Below are positions 1-12,677 of a stretch of DNA of 64,000 nt, one piece after another. Position numbers and translations under genes: made by a program. This DNA is from Mobula hypostoma (lineage: Eukaryota). A model generated the notes under the pieces. It was not told the origin of the DNA. It did not search any database and saw only the letters and a list, made by a program, of their open reading frames with translations. The first letter of the stretch is position 1, and the number at the start of each line of letters is the position of its first letter. The stretch lies in NCBI RefSeq assembly GCF_963921235.1, contig NC_086097.1, forward strand, positions 158,660,001 to 158,724,000, given 5' to 3'.

Positions 1-1876
1 AGGTTGTGAATTCTGTCCCTTTCTATCTGATTAGAAAAATGTTGTTGTCCCACCGTCTGTATGATTTTATTGCTCCAAACTGGTTGTTTTCAGTCTCTCA
101 GTTGAAGCTCTTCCAGCTGCCAGCATAAGACCTCCATCACCTTCCCTATATCTGCTTCCTTGCAATAGTCCCTCCAGTCCTTTTTACAGCAAGCCCCACC
201 ATCTATCTGTCTGCAACCATAAAATATTGATCATGCCCTTCTCTTGAATTATTTTTCCCGACTCCCCAACTTCTAAGGTTTTTTGAACAATGCCCTGCAA
301 TAACTTTTTACCTGTTGTGACCATTGCTTGCAGTGAAAGCAATATTTTGTGTGATTGGCAGGATAAATTGATAGTTTATTTAATTTTTCTTCCATAGAGT
401 ATTAGCCAGGACACTAACTCCTTAGATAGTGTCCAGGCTTAATAATCTCCATCTAAAGAAACAGATTATATTTCAGTTTAGCCTTGTATTGGGAAGGTAA
501 AGAATGATTACTAATTCAAACTGATGAACCTTTTTTTTTGTGGCAACTCTATTTACTGTATTGATCATTTGCATTGTATTCTTGTGTTTTAAAAAATACA
601 GCAGTTCTTTTTTTTTTCACTTGCATCACAATCCTGCAGCTTAAAATACAGTGGAACATGCAACTTTTATCAGAAAACCCACCCACCTTTTGGCATATTA
701 TCATTTTCATTGCAAGGATGTATTCATAAATACAGAGGTTAAGTGTAATTGTATCATGCCTGGGTGATAAAATCTGTTTCTAAAATTAATAGTTGTGAAA
801 GGAAGCATTTCATCTGCAATCAAATTGTTAGAATCAATAATAAAGAAGATATTATACAGTAATATCTTACCAACAGAATATATTACCAAATATATTCAGA
901 CAGTAGTATTTGAAGATATTACTGTACTTCCCATTACTGGGGGAACGTACAGTAATATTAGCATTAAGTTGCTAATCCATCACCAGTGTCAACTGAAGCA
1001 GAAGCTTCACTTTCTCATCTACTTTTTCCAGCTGTAATCATTTATTTCTTCTATTGTAACCCTTTCAAAGTAGCCATCTTTCTGTTGCTATAGTTCATGA
1101 TGGTACTCCATCCATTTCTCCACACCTCCCACCAACTGTCTCCACCCCAACTTCACCTTGCCTTCTCTGCCCCACTCTCATCTTTAATCTGAGAATCATG
1201 GTTCTTAACTATTCCCTTCTCTCTGCTCATGTTATATGGTTATATGGCTATTATATCTCCTTCTTGCTTTCCTTCATTATCACCAATGCTCTTTCCTTTT
1301 CTTGGATCCCCTTTGTATTCATGAACACCTTCTAATGTATTACGGATTTATGAGACTAGTGGGATGGATTTGCCACTGCTGTAGGGATTCTGTCATGTGG
1401 GAACTTGGTTCACAGGAATATCTAAGTGGTTGAGTTAAATGTCCTGATGTAACTATATGTCACCCTTTGTTTTTTTTATTTGAATATATTGCAAGTCCCT
1501 GCATTTTCACCTTGCAAACTGTTTGACAGATCTCAGGAACTGAATCTTGATATAACTTGGGAATGATTTGCTTCACTCTTTATTCATTATGATCTTTTTA
1601 GCTTTCACTGTCTTCCACCTTCTTTAGATGCATTATTGCTGACAGCTTTCACTTCCAGCTGTAATCTGCACTGTCTCTTAATTCTGTACGTCCTCCACTG
1701 CATTACCATCCATTGCTCATCTCCACCATTTATGTTCCTCCATCCTTTCTCTCTCATTTTATTTGTTCTGCATGTCTGCTGTGGCCATTTCCATGCTATT
1801 TTACCCACTGTCCTCACAAACCATTATTCCCATTGCAAGTCACTTCAAATTCCTCCCCATTTCGGTTAATTTCCTC

Positions 1877-2522
1877 GAGGAGAAGATGGCGACGTGACAT
1901 CTGTTATCTGTCAAGTAGGGTGCCATGCACAATCCTGATTTGATGGAGACAGACATGAGAGCACAGAGGAACATCTAGTGAAACTTCTGAAATGCCTGCT
2001 TCACTGCCGCTATTACTGTGTGATCCAGAATCTCCAGAGGGGAAGGCCCCGAGTCCTCGGCTTTGCTTGTTGCTCGGCAGCCGGGGCGGGGTCGAAGTGC
2101 TCGGCAGAGGATGGTGCTCTGTGCTCAGTGTCGGAGGGCTGGTTGGAGGCTCAAAGTTTTCGGATGGACTCAGAGTCCGCTGCGGTCGGGTGCTTCCAAT
2201 GGTGCTGCATCGGCAAGTTTGCGGCGCTTGGCGGTTCATGGCAGGGAGAGTTTCTCCCTTCTACCGTCTGCGTGAGATGATGAGGTTATCGGAACTTTGA
2301 GACTTTTTTTTACTGTGCCCATGGTCTGTTCTTTATCAAATTATGGTATTGCTTTGCACTGTTGTAACTATATGTTATAATTATGTGGTTTTGTCAGTTT
2401 TAGTCTTGGTTTGTTGTGTATTTCTGTGATATCACTCTGGAGGAATATTGTATCATTTTTAATGCATGCATTTCTAAATGACAATAAATGAGGACTGAGT
2501 GTCCTCATAATCTAATCTAATC
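1877..2522 (+). mobile_element. ~640-bp non-coding retroposon family, copy 1
   Basis: Starts GAGGAGAAGATGGCG and ends ATGAGGAC-TGAGT-GTCCTCAT-AATCTAATCTAA. Alignable by eye to the copies at 5072, 5599, 32089 and 45693. Confidence 0.85.
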
Positions 2523-2965
2523 CCCACACCAATGTGTCTGTCTGCGATCTCCACTACCAGTGTGAATCAAATGCAATGCAGAAGAACAGCAAATCATATT
2601 CCTCTTGGGTAACCTACAACCCAGTGGTTTGAACATTGAGTTTTCTGTTTTCAGAACCAACCTACGCTCCTTCCCACTTGCACCAGTCACCCACATTCAT
2701 TGTCTCTTTGTTCACCTTTTCGAGCTATCCCACCACCCTCATTACCAAGACTTGTCACCTTCTTCCACTTGCTTCCATCTCCCCCTTACCGACATACCTA
2801 TCTAGCTGAGTTTCTTCTGTAGGTGCTACTTTTTAACCACAAACCCCATCCCTGCTCTCTTGTTTAGATTATTTTAGTTCTCTCAGTACTGATGAAGGGT
2901 CTCAACCCAAAACATCAACTCTCCATTTCCCTCCACACCTCCTGTGTTCCTCTGGCATTTTCTGT
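2523..2965 (+). mobile_element. Decayed Penelope-like element 3' remnant
   Basis: Reads EEQQIIFLLGNLQPSGLNIEFSVF, homologous to the C-terminus of the 60874-62368 element (EEQHLIFRLGSLQPDGMNIDFSNF). A degenerate CTGATGAAGGGTCTC motif is at 2889. Confidence 0.7.
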
Positions 2966-5071
2966 GTTAAGCAGGATTATTTTGATGTCTCCTACTGGTA
3001 ACATCCATGGTTCAGGCTGTTTCACTCTCTGAGTTAGAAGGCCAAAACTCCATTCTGAAACTCAAAAATCTAAGCGCGCGCATCAATAAAAAAACAAGGG
3101 GATACCATACAGTTCTGAGATACCATAATATACAGAAGGCATTAAAGTAATGTCTATCTGTGCATTTAAGTGGATATAAAAAGTCCTATAGTACTTTTCC
3201 TGAGAATATAGGTCTCTTATTTCTGATATTTTGTCAGTTCTTTATCCCTCAGTAAGCATCGTTAAGGAAAAAAATTGTTATTTTTAATCTGCCTAATGGC
3301 TGCTTTGTATTTTCCTTAGCAGGAGTACACTTCAAAACAGTATAAAATGCTTAGGATCTGAGGTTTTAAATGTTGCTATAAAAGATGGTCCCTGAATCTC
3401 TGAACACGACCTTGTTATTCCCTTTATTTTTGCACAATATATTATTTTGTAATTTGTATGTAATTTTATATCTTTGCGCAATCCTGCTGCTGCAAAACAA
3501 CAGATGTCACATCATTTAAGACAGTGAATACAAGCATGATTCTGAAAAATGCATGTTTTTTTTCATTTTTTCTGCCTTCTGATGTTAACTTTGCTGCTGT
3601 AATTGTTAAATGAAACTTTTCCTGATTTTTCAAGGATGTCCTTTCAGAAGGTGCCCCACTCACAATGAGCCAAGGATAGCATGTAAAGCTGTGACCGTAT
3701 GTTCCCCAATGAAGCTGGCTTCCCTGCTTGTTGCGTGGGAACTTGGAATCATGTGCCTGCTGTGATCAGCAACCTAATCTGTGAGAGCTAGCTGAGAGAG
3801 GTTTTAAATTAAGTATTCTTCAGGGAGAAAATCAAAGGTACCTAGAGCTCAATAGCTAAATCTGTGGTTAAAAATTTACTGGAGTTATTACACTGAAGTG
3901 ACTTGGATGCTCTGTAATTTGTCTACTGGCATAACAGCTCCCCAGTAGTTGCCATTTTGTTGGCTCTTCACTCAACCCTGAAACACCTGGACAACAAAGG
4001 TGAATACATTAGGACGCTTTTTATCGATTACAGTTGTGCATTCAATACTATCATCACCATAAAATTAGCCATTAAGCTTCAAAACCTTGTCCTCAATATC
4101 TCCTTGCACGTCTGGATCCTCGATTTTCTGGCTTGCAGGTCCCAGTCAGTTCAGATTGGCAACAACATCTCCTCTACAATTTCCATCAGCACAGGTGCAC
4201 CACAAGGCTATGTGCTTAGTCCTCTGCTCTACTCGCTTTATAATTATGACTGTGAAACTAACCACAGCTCCAATGCCATATTTAAGTTTGCTGATTGTTG
4301 GCTGAATCAAAGGTGTTGACAAATCAGCATACAGTAGAGATATTGAAAATTTGGCTGAGTGGTGCCACAACAACAACCTCTCGCTCAATGTCAGCAAGGC
4401 CAAGGACTTCAGCAGCAGCGAATCGAAGGTTGATGAGCCTGTCCTCTTCGGGGTTCAGAGGTGGAGAGGGTCAGCAATTTAAATTCCTCGGTGTTAGATC
4501 TGTCCAGGGCCTAGCATGTAAGTGCAATCACAAAGGAGGTATGGCAATGACTAATTCCTTAGGAGTTTGCGAAGATTTGGTATGACATCTAAAACTTTGG
4601 CAAACTTCTATAGATGGTTGGTGGAGAGTATATCGACTGATTGGATCACGGCCTGGGATGGAAAAACCAATGCTCTTGAATGGAATGCCCCGCAAAAAGT
4701 AGTTGATAGGGCCCTGTCCATCACAGGAAAGCCCTCCCCACCATTGAGGACATCTACACAGAGCACTGTCACTGAAAGCAGCATCCATTAGCAAGGATTC
4801 CACCACCCACACCATGCTTGCTTCTCACTGCTGCCATTGCGAAGAAGGTACAGGAGCCTCAGGACCCACATCACAAAGTTCAGAAATAATTATTACCCTT
4901 TAACCGTCAGGTTCTTAAACACGAGGGGATAACTTCCGTCAACTTCACCTGCTTCAGCATGGAACTGTTCCCACAATCTATGGACTCAACTTTTAAGGAC
5001 TCATCATCTTGATATTTATTGTTTATTTATTTATTATTATTTCTCCTTTTTTCTTTTGTATTTGCATAGTT

Positions 5072-6383
5072 GAGGACGAGGGGAGGAGAAGATTGCGGCG
5101 TGACGCAGCACATGCGGCCGCTCCGAAACTATGTCTGTATTTGTTAAGTAGGTACTGTGCACAATCCTGATTTGATGGAGACAGACGTGAGAAGCACAGA
5201 GGAACATCTGGAGAAGCTTCTAAAATGCTCGCTTTGCTACTGCCGCTACTGTGCGATCGAGAATCTCCGGAGGGGAAGGCCCCAAATCTTCGGCTTTGCC
5301 TATTGCCTGTTGCCGGGGCCGGGGTCGAAGCGCTCGGCAAAGATGGTGCTTGGTGCTTGGTGTTGGAGGGCTGGTTGAAGGCTCGATGTTTTCAGATAGA
5401 CTCAAGAGTCGGCTGTAGTTGGGTGCTTCCAGGGTGCTGCATCGGCAAGTTTGCGGCGCTGGAGTTTCATGGCAGGGAGAGTTTTTCTTCCTTCTATCAT
5501 CTGCGTAAGACGATGGGACTTTCGAGAGACTTTGAGACTTTTTTTTACTGTGCCCATGGTCCGTTCTTTATCAAATTACGGTATTACTTTGCACTGTTTT
5601 TTTTAGATTATGAGGACATTTAGAAATGCATGCATTAAGAAATGATATAATGTTTTTCCAGAATGATATCACAGAAACACATAAAAACCAAGACTGAAAA
5701 ACTGACGAAAACCACATAATTATAACATATAGTTACAACAGTGCAAAGCAATACTGTAATTTGATAAGAATAGACCGTGAGCACGGTAAAGTCTCAAAGT
5801 CTCTCAAAAGTCCCATCATTTCACGCAGACGGTAAACCACCAGCGCCACAAACCTGCCGATGCAGCATCCCGGAAGCATCCAACCACAGTCCGACTCCGA
5901 GTCTGTCCGAAAACTCCCAAGCCTCTGACCAGCTCTCCGACACCAAGCACCGAGCACCATCTCTGCCAAGCGTTTTGACCCTGGCCCTGGCAATAAGCAA
6001 GGCCGAGGATTTGGGGCCTTCCCCTCCAGAGATTCTCGATCGCGCAGTGGCAACGGCAGCGAAGCAGGCATTTCAGAAGTTACTCCAGATGTTCCTCCAT
6101 GCTTCTTCACGTCTGTCTCTATCAAATCAGGATTGTGCACGGCATCCTACCTCACAGATATGATATCGTTCGGAACAGCCATGCGCGCTGCTTCGTGCCG
6201 CCATCTTCTCCTCCCTCCCTGTTGTAACTATACGTTACAATTATGTGGTTTTTGTCAGTTTTTCAGTCTTGGTTTGTCTTGTGTTTCTGTGATATCATAC
6301 TGGAGGAACATTGTATCATTTCTTAATGCATGCATTACTAAATGACAATAAAAGAGGACTGCGTGTCCTCATAATCTAGTCTA
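5072..6383 (+). mobile_element. ~640-bp retroposon copy 2, split by copy 3
   Basis: 5' part at 5072-5598 and 3' part at 6219-6383; flanked by an ATAGTT duplication (5066-5071, 6384-6389). Confidence 0.85.
5599..6218 (-). mobile_element. ~640-bp retroposon copy 3, inserted antisense inside copy 2
   Basis: Reverse complement of the family; CTGTT duplication at 5594-5598 and 6219-6223. Confidence 0.85.
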
Positions 6384-6999
6384 ATAGTTTGTGGTCTTTT
6401 GCACATTGGTTGTTTGTCCTTCCTGTTGGGTATGCTCTTTCATTGATTCTATCATGTTTCTTGGATTTACTGAGCATGCCTGCAAGAAAATAAACCTCAT
6501 GGTTGTATATGGTGACATATATATACTTTGATAATAAATTTCCTTTAAACTTTGAACTTTCTTTAAGGTCTACACTTCAGTTTGAAAACATAAAATACTG
6601 TTTCTTTGGTCCGTTTAATGTCTTGATGGCAGCTTAGTTTTGTTTAAATCCTATCAATTTTACTCCAGTATCATAATATCTTGTGATGGTTAGCCTTGTT
6701 GTTTGCCTCTCTGTAGTATTCAATAATTAATCTGAACTGCTGACCTCATTTAATACAAATGACCAAAGTTGAATTCTATCTAGCATGAATAATAGGTAGA
6801 TGGAAATCAAATAAATAAGAATTTCTATTTATAATGAAGAATTTAAAGTGAAAATCCTTTCTCTGCATTGATAAAGACAAACAATTCAACAAAACCTTTT
6901 GACATTCCATGAAACTACCTGTTTGATATTACACACCTTTCTGCCCAGTGAATCAAGTATTGGAATGAGTGCTCGGACATAAGCTGTTTAAATATATGC

Positions 7000-7215
7000 A
7001 ACACACACAAAATGCTGGAGGAACTCAGCAAGTAAATCAGTATCTGTGAAGGGAAATGAAATGTTGATGTTTTAACAGACCCTCTTCATCAGGATTCGTG
7101 GGTCTCGGCCTGAAATGTTGACGGTTCATTCCCCTCCATAATTGTGGCCCGAGTTCTTCCAACATCTTGTGCGTTTTACTCAAGATACCCAGCATCTGCA
7201 GAATCTCTTGTGTTT
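7000..7215. mobile_element. Penelope-derived short element, two terminal segments in inverted arrangement
   Basis: acacacaaaatgctggaggaactcagc...cttcatcagga is followed by gggtctcggcctgaaatgttgac...gagttcttccaacatcttgtgcg. Both halves match the 3' end of the 60874-62368 element. Confidence 0.65.
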
Positions 7216-7903
7216 TTAGTATATGACTCAGTTGGTATGACCAGATTTGAAGTACTGTGTTTAATTGTGAACATCTTGCTTTCAGAATTACATTGAACAA
7301 TTGGCAACAGATCAGGGAAGAAGTGAGAAAGATTATTTCCGGACCTGAAACACTAAATTGTGAAGATAGTCTGTTTGAATTTAATATGTTCTCATTGGAG
7401 CAAGTAAGATTGAGAGGGACGTGATCTAGATCTTTAAGTTGCTGAGAGGCATGGATAATGTAGATGTAAATAGGTCATTTAAAGTTAAACTGTGACTGCA
7501 GAAAGGGAGGACATGAACACAAAATTGCTTAGCCTCAAGCAACACAAGAAATTAGAAGCACCGTATTTTGTTACTGTGTATAATGTATATATGGCCCTTT
7601 CACCTACTATAGCTAATGCAGCACTGATTAGATTTTGCAGAATGTAACCGGACAAATATCTGGTTATGAAAGGTACTGGATGTTACATGAATAAGAATGT
7701 CTGACTCCCATTATTCTGTAGGCACTTTGTGGTACTACAGTGATATTCAGCTGTTATGTTGGAGAAGTACTAACCTGTCCTGTCTCATTAAAGCCACCGT
7801 TCAACTATACACTGAGGCAAAGAAATAGAAAATTTTAAAGCCACAATATTACTGACCAGTATTGCTTGCAAATCCCCTCGCTCCAACTGCATTGGTGAAG
7901 TGT

Positions 7904-8478
7904 AAAGTTCAAAGTAAGCTTATTATCAAAGTACTTATATGGCACCATATACTACCCTGGGAATCATCTTCATGTAGTCATCACAGTAAATACAAAGAAA
8001 CACAATAGAATCAATGAAAAACAGCACACAATAAAGACAGGCGAACAGCCAATGTACAAAAAAGACAATAAACAGGTGCTAATACAGAAAAGGAACAAAA
8101 CAAAATAATAATAATAATAAAAAAAATAGTAAGCAGTAAATGTCAAGAATCTGATGTAGAATTCTTGAATCAGTTATGGAATTGGTTCAGAGTGGGGTGA
8201 ATAAAGTTGAATGAATTTATCCCCTCTGGTTCAAGAGACTAATGGTTGTGAGAAAATATATGTTCCCGAACCTGATCGTGTGGGAGGTGAGGCTCCTGTT
8301 CCTCCTTTCTGATGGCAGCAGCAAGAAGATATGATGATGGGGATTCTTGAAGATGGATGTTGTTTTCCCGCAACAGAGTTCCTTGTAGATGTGATCAGTG
8401 GTGGAGAGGGCTTTTCCCGTGATGGACTGGGCGATATCCAGCAACATAGTATAGGATTTTCTGTTCAAGGGCATTAGT
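7904..8478 (-). mobile_element. Rex1/Babar-type LINE 3' portion (continues at 13690-15480)
   Basis: aaagttcaaag tail; the minus frame reads LLPSERRNRSLTSHTIRFGN, like the other Rex1-type C-termini in this window. Confidence 0.65.
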
Positions 8479-8631
8479 CCATAAACATAGAAACATAGAA
8501 AATAGGTGCAGGAGTAGGCCATTCAGCCCTTCGAGCCTGCACCACCATTTATTATGATCATGGCTGAACTCAGAACCCCGCCCCAGCCTTCCCTCCGTAC
8601 CCCCTGATCCCCGTAGCCACAAGGGCCATAT

Positions 8632-11349
8632 CTAACTCCCTCTTAAATATAGCCAATGAACTGGCCTCAACTGTGGCAGAGAATTCCACAGATTCACCAC
8701 TCTCTGTGTGAAGAAGTTTTTCCTAATCTCGGTTCTAAAAGGCTTCCCCTCTATCCTCAAACTGTGGCCCCTCGTTCTGGACTTCCCCAACATCGGGAAC
8801 AATCTTCCTGCATCTAGCCTGTCCAATCCCTTTAGGATCTTATACGTTTCAATCAGATCCCCCCTCAATCTTCTAAATTTCAACGAATACAAGCCCAGTT
8901 CATCCAGTCTTTCTTCATATGAAAGTCCTGCCATCCCAGAAATCAATCTGGTGAATCTTCTTTGTACTCCCTCTATGGCAAGGATGTCTTTCCTCAGATT
9001 AGGGGACCAAAACTGCACACAATACTCCAGGTGTGGTCTCACCAAGGCCTTGTACAACTGCAGTAGTACGTCCCTGCTCCTGTACTCGAATCCTCTCGCT
9101 ATAAATGCCAGCATACCATTCGCCTTTTTCACCGCCTGCTGTACCTGCATGCCCACTTTCAATGACTGGTGTATAATGACACCCATGTCTCGTTGCACCT
9201 CCCCTTTCCCTAATCGGCCACCATTCAGATAATAATCTGTTTTCCTATTTTTGCCACCAAAGTGGATAACCTCACATTTATCCACATTATATTGCATCTG
9301 CCATGAATTTGCCCACTCACCCAACCTATCCAAGTCACCCTGCATCCTCTTAGCATCCTCCTCACAGCTAACACTGCCACCCAGCTTTGTGTCATCCGCA
9401 AACTTGGAGATGCTGCATTTAATTCCCTCATCCAAGTCATTAATATATATTGTAAACAACTGGGGTCCCAGCACTGAGCCTTGCGGTACCCCACTAGTCA
9501 CCGCCTGCCATTCTGAAAATGTCCCATTTATTCCCACTCTTTGCTTCCTGTCTGCTAACCAATTCTCCATCCACATCAATACCTTACCCCCAATACCGTG
9601 TGCTTTAAGTTTGCACACTAATCTCCTGTGTGGGACCTTGTCAAAAGCCTTTTGAAAATCCAAATATACCACATCCACTGGTTCTCCCCTATCCACTCTA
9701 CTAGTTACATCCTCAAAAAATTCCATGAGATTCATCAGACATGATTTTCCTTTCACAAATCCATGCTGACTTTGTCCGATGATTTCACCGCTTTCCAAAT
9801 GTGCTGTTATCACATCTTTGATAACTGACTCCAGCAGTTTCCCCACCACCGACGTTAGGGTAACCGGTCTATAATTCCCCGGTTTCTCTCTCCCTCCTTT
9901 TTTAAAAAGTGGGGTTACATTAGCCACCCTCCAATCCTCAGGAACTAGTCCAGAATCTAACGAGTTTTGAAAAATTATCACTAATGCATCCACTATTTCT
10001 TGGGCTACTTCCTTAAGCACTCTAGGATGCAGACCATCTGGCCCTGGGGATTTATCTGCCTTCAATCCCTTCAATTTACCTAACACCACTTCCCTATTAA
10101 CATGTATTTCGCTCAGTTCCTCCATCTCACTGGACCCTCTGTCCCCTACTATTTCTGGAAGATTATTTATGTCCTCCTTAGTGAAGACAGAACCAAAGTA
10201 ATTATTCAATTGGTCTGCCATGTCCTTGCTCCCCATAATCAATTCACCTGTTTCTGTCTGTAGGGGACCTACATTTGTCTTTACCAGTTTTTTTCCTTTT
10301 TACATATCTATAAAAGCTTTTACAGTCAGTTTTTATGTTCCCTGCCAGTTTTCTCTCATAATCTTTTTTCCCCTTCCTAATTAAGCCCTTTGTCCTCCTC
10401 TGCTGAACTCTGAGTTTCTCCCAGTCCTCAGGTGAGCCACTTTCTCTGGCTAATTTGTATACTTCTTCTTTGGAATTGATACTATCCCTAATTTCTCTTG
10501 TCAGTCACGGGTGCACTACCTTCCTTGATTTATTCTTTTGCCAAACTAGGATGAACAATTGTTGTAGTTCATCCATGCAACCTTTAAATGCTTGCAATTG
10601 CATATCCACCGTCAATCCTTTAAGTGTCATTTGCCAGTCTATCTTAGCTAATTCACGTCTCATACCTTCAAAGTTACCCCTCTTTAAGTTCAGAACCTTT
10701 GTTTCTGAATTAACTATGTCACTCTCCATCTTAATGAAGAATTCCACCATATTATGGTCACTCTTACCCAAGGGGCCTCTCACGACAAGATTGCTAATTA
10801 ACCCTTCCTCATTGCTCAAAACCCAGTCCAGAATAGCCTGCTCTCTAGTTGGTTCCTCGACATGTTGGTTCAAAAAACCATCCCGCATACATTCCAAGAA
10901 ATCCTCTTCCTCAGCACCTTTACCAATTTGGTTCACCCAATCTACATGTAGATTGAAGTCACCCATTATAACTGCTGTTCCTTTATTGCACACATTTCAA
11001 ATTTCCTGTTTAATACCATCTCCGACCTCACTACTACTGTTAGGTCTCCCACCAGCGTCTCCTGCCCCTTAGTGTTACGCAGCTCTACCCATATCGATTC
11101 CACATCTTCCCGGCTTATGTCCTTCCTTTCTATTGCGTTAATCTCTTCTTTAACCAGCAACGCCACCCCACCTCCCCTTCCTTCATGTCCATCCCTCCTG
11201 AATATTGAATATCCCTGAACGTTGAGCTCCCATCCTTGGTCACCCTGGAGCCATGTCTCTGTGATCCCAAGTATATCATAATCATTAATAACAATCTGCA
11301 CTTTCAATTCATCCACCTTATTACGAATGCTCCTTGCATTGACACACAA
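8632..11349 (-). pseudogene. CR1 ORF2 (endonuclease-reverse transcriptase), disrupted
   Basis: EN motifs NARSIRNK, GITETWL, MGDFN and SDHN; RT motifs YLDFQKAFDKV, GVPQGSVLGP and KFADDTK. Frameshift near 11045, a stop at 10505, and a frameshift near the C-terminus. Confidence 0.9.
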
Positions 11350-11588
11350 AGCCTTCAGGCGCTCTTTTACAACTCTCTTAGCCCTTATACAATTATGTTG
11401 AAAAGTGGCCCCTTTTAATGCTTGCCCTGGATTTGTCGGCCTGCCACTTTTACTTTTCTCCTTAGTACTTTTTGCTTATACCCTCGCTTTACACCCCTCT
11501 GTCTCTCTGCACTGGTTCCCATCCCCCTGTTGTGAACTAACCTCCTCATGCCTAGCCTCTTTAATTTGATTCCCACCCCCCAACCATT

Positions 11589-12548
11589 CTAGTTTAAAGT
11601 CACCTCAGTAGCCCTCGCTAATCTCCCTGCCAGGATATTGGTCCCCCTAGGATTCAAGTGTAACCCGTCCTTTTTGTACAGGTCACGCCTGCGCCAAAAG
11701 AGGTCCCAATGATCCAAAAACTTGAATCACTGCCCCCTGCTCCAATCCCTCAGCCACGCATTTATCCTCCACCTCATCGCATTCCTACTCTCACTGTCAC
11801 GTGGCACAGGCAGTAATCCCGAGATTACTACCTTTGCGGTCCTTTTTCTCAACTCCCTTCCCAGCTCCCTATATTCTCCTTTCAGGACCTCATCCCTTTT
11901 CCTACCTATGTCATTGGTACCTATATGTACCATGACCTCTGGCTCCTCACCCTCCCACTTCAGGATATCTTGGACACGATCAGAAATATCCCGGACCCTG
12001 GCACCAGGGAGGCAAACTACCATCCGGGTCTCTGGACTGCGTCCACAGAATCGCCTATCTGACCCCCTTACTATCGAGTCCCCCATCACAACTGCCCTCC
12101 TCTTCCTTGCCCTACCCTTCTGAGCTACAGGGCCGGACTCTGTGCCGGAGGCACGGCCACTGTCGCTTCCCCCGGGTAAGCTGTCCCCCCGAACAGTACT
12201 CAAACAGGAGTACCTATTGTTAAGGGGCACAGCCACCGGGGTACTCTCTATTACCTGACTCTTCTCCTTCCCCCTCCTAACCGTGACCCACTTGTCTGCC
12301 TCCCGTGGCCCCGGCGTGACCACCCGCCTGCAACTCCTCTCTATCAACTCCTCACTCTCCCTGACCAAATGAAGGTCATCGAGCTGCAGCTCCAGTTCCG
12401 TAACGCGGTCCCTTAGGAGCTGCATCTCAATGCACTTGGCGCAGATGTAGACGTCCAGGAGGCTTGGAGACTCCAGGGCCTCCCACATCCGACACCGAGA
12501 ACAGCAAACTGCCCTCACACTCATACTGCCCCTCTCCTCAAATAACAA
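11589..12548 (-). pseudogene. CR1 ORF1 (CxxC zinc finger/leucine zipper + SGNH esterase-like domain), with a premature stop at 11727-11729
   Basis: CSRC...CAKC, the heptad LRDRVTELELQLDDL, and GDSIVRG, CLPGARV and HIGTNDI motifs. Homology continues past the stop to the DGLHLN region. Confidence 0.85.
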
Positions 12549-12677
12549 CAGAAAATGAATGCCAAACCTTCCTCGCCTCGCCCGTTTTCGCCTAAGCCCG
12601 TTGAGCCGAAACTCTTAAGTCTTAGAGTCTCACTCCGCCGCCCGCAAACTACACTGCCCGCTCTATGAGGCTCTGTT

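Larger units (their letters stand above)
3925..6560 (+). mobile_element. Rex1/Babar-type non-LTR retrotransposon, 5'-truncated and decayed, interrupted at 5072-6383
   Basis: RT motifs [31 protein letters not shown] and FKFAD. The 3' UTR resumes at 6384 and ends in a (TTTGAAC)-like tail near 6545-6560. Confidence 0.75.

Noticed and set aside
1904..2300. Overlapping 70-135 aa ORFs recurring in the 640-bp family
   Set aside because: Starts, stops and frames differ between copies and indels are not multiples of three, which is consistent with GC-rich non-coding sequence.
8708..11072. Long + strand ORFs opposite CR1 ORF2
   Set aside because: These are antisense shadows typical of LINE ORF2 codon usage; similar ones recur opposite the other CR1 copies.
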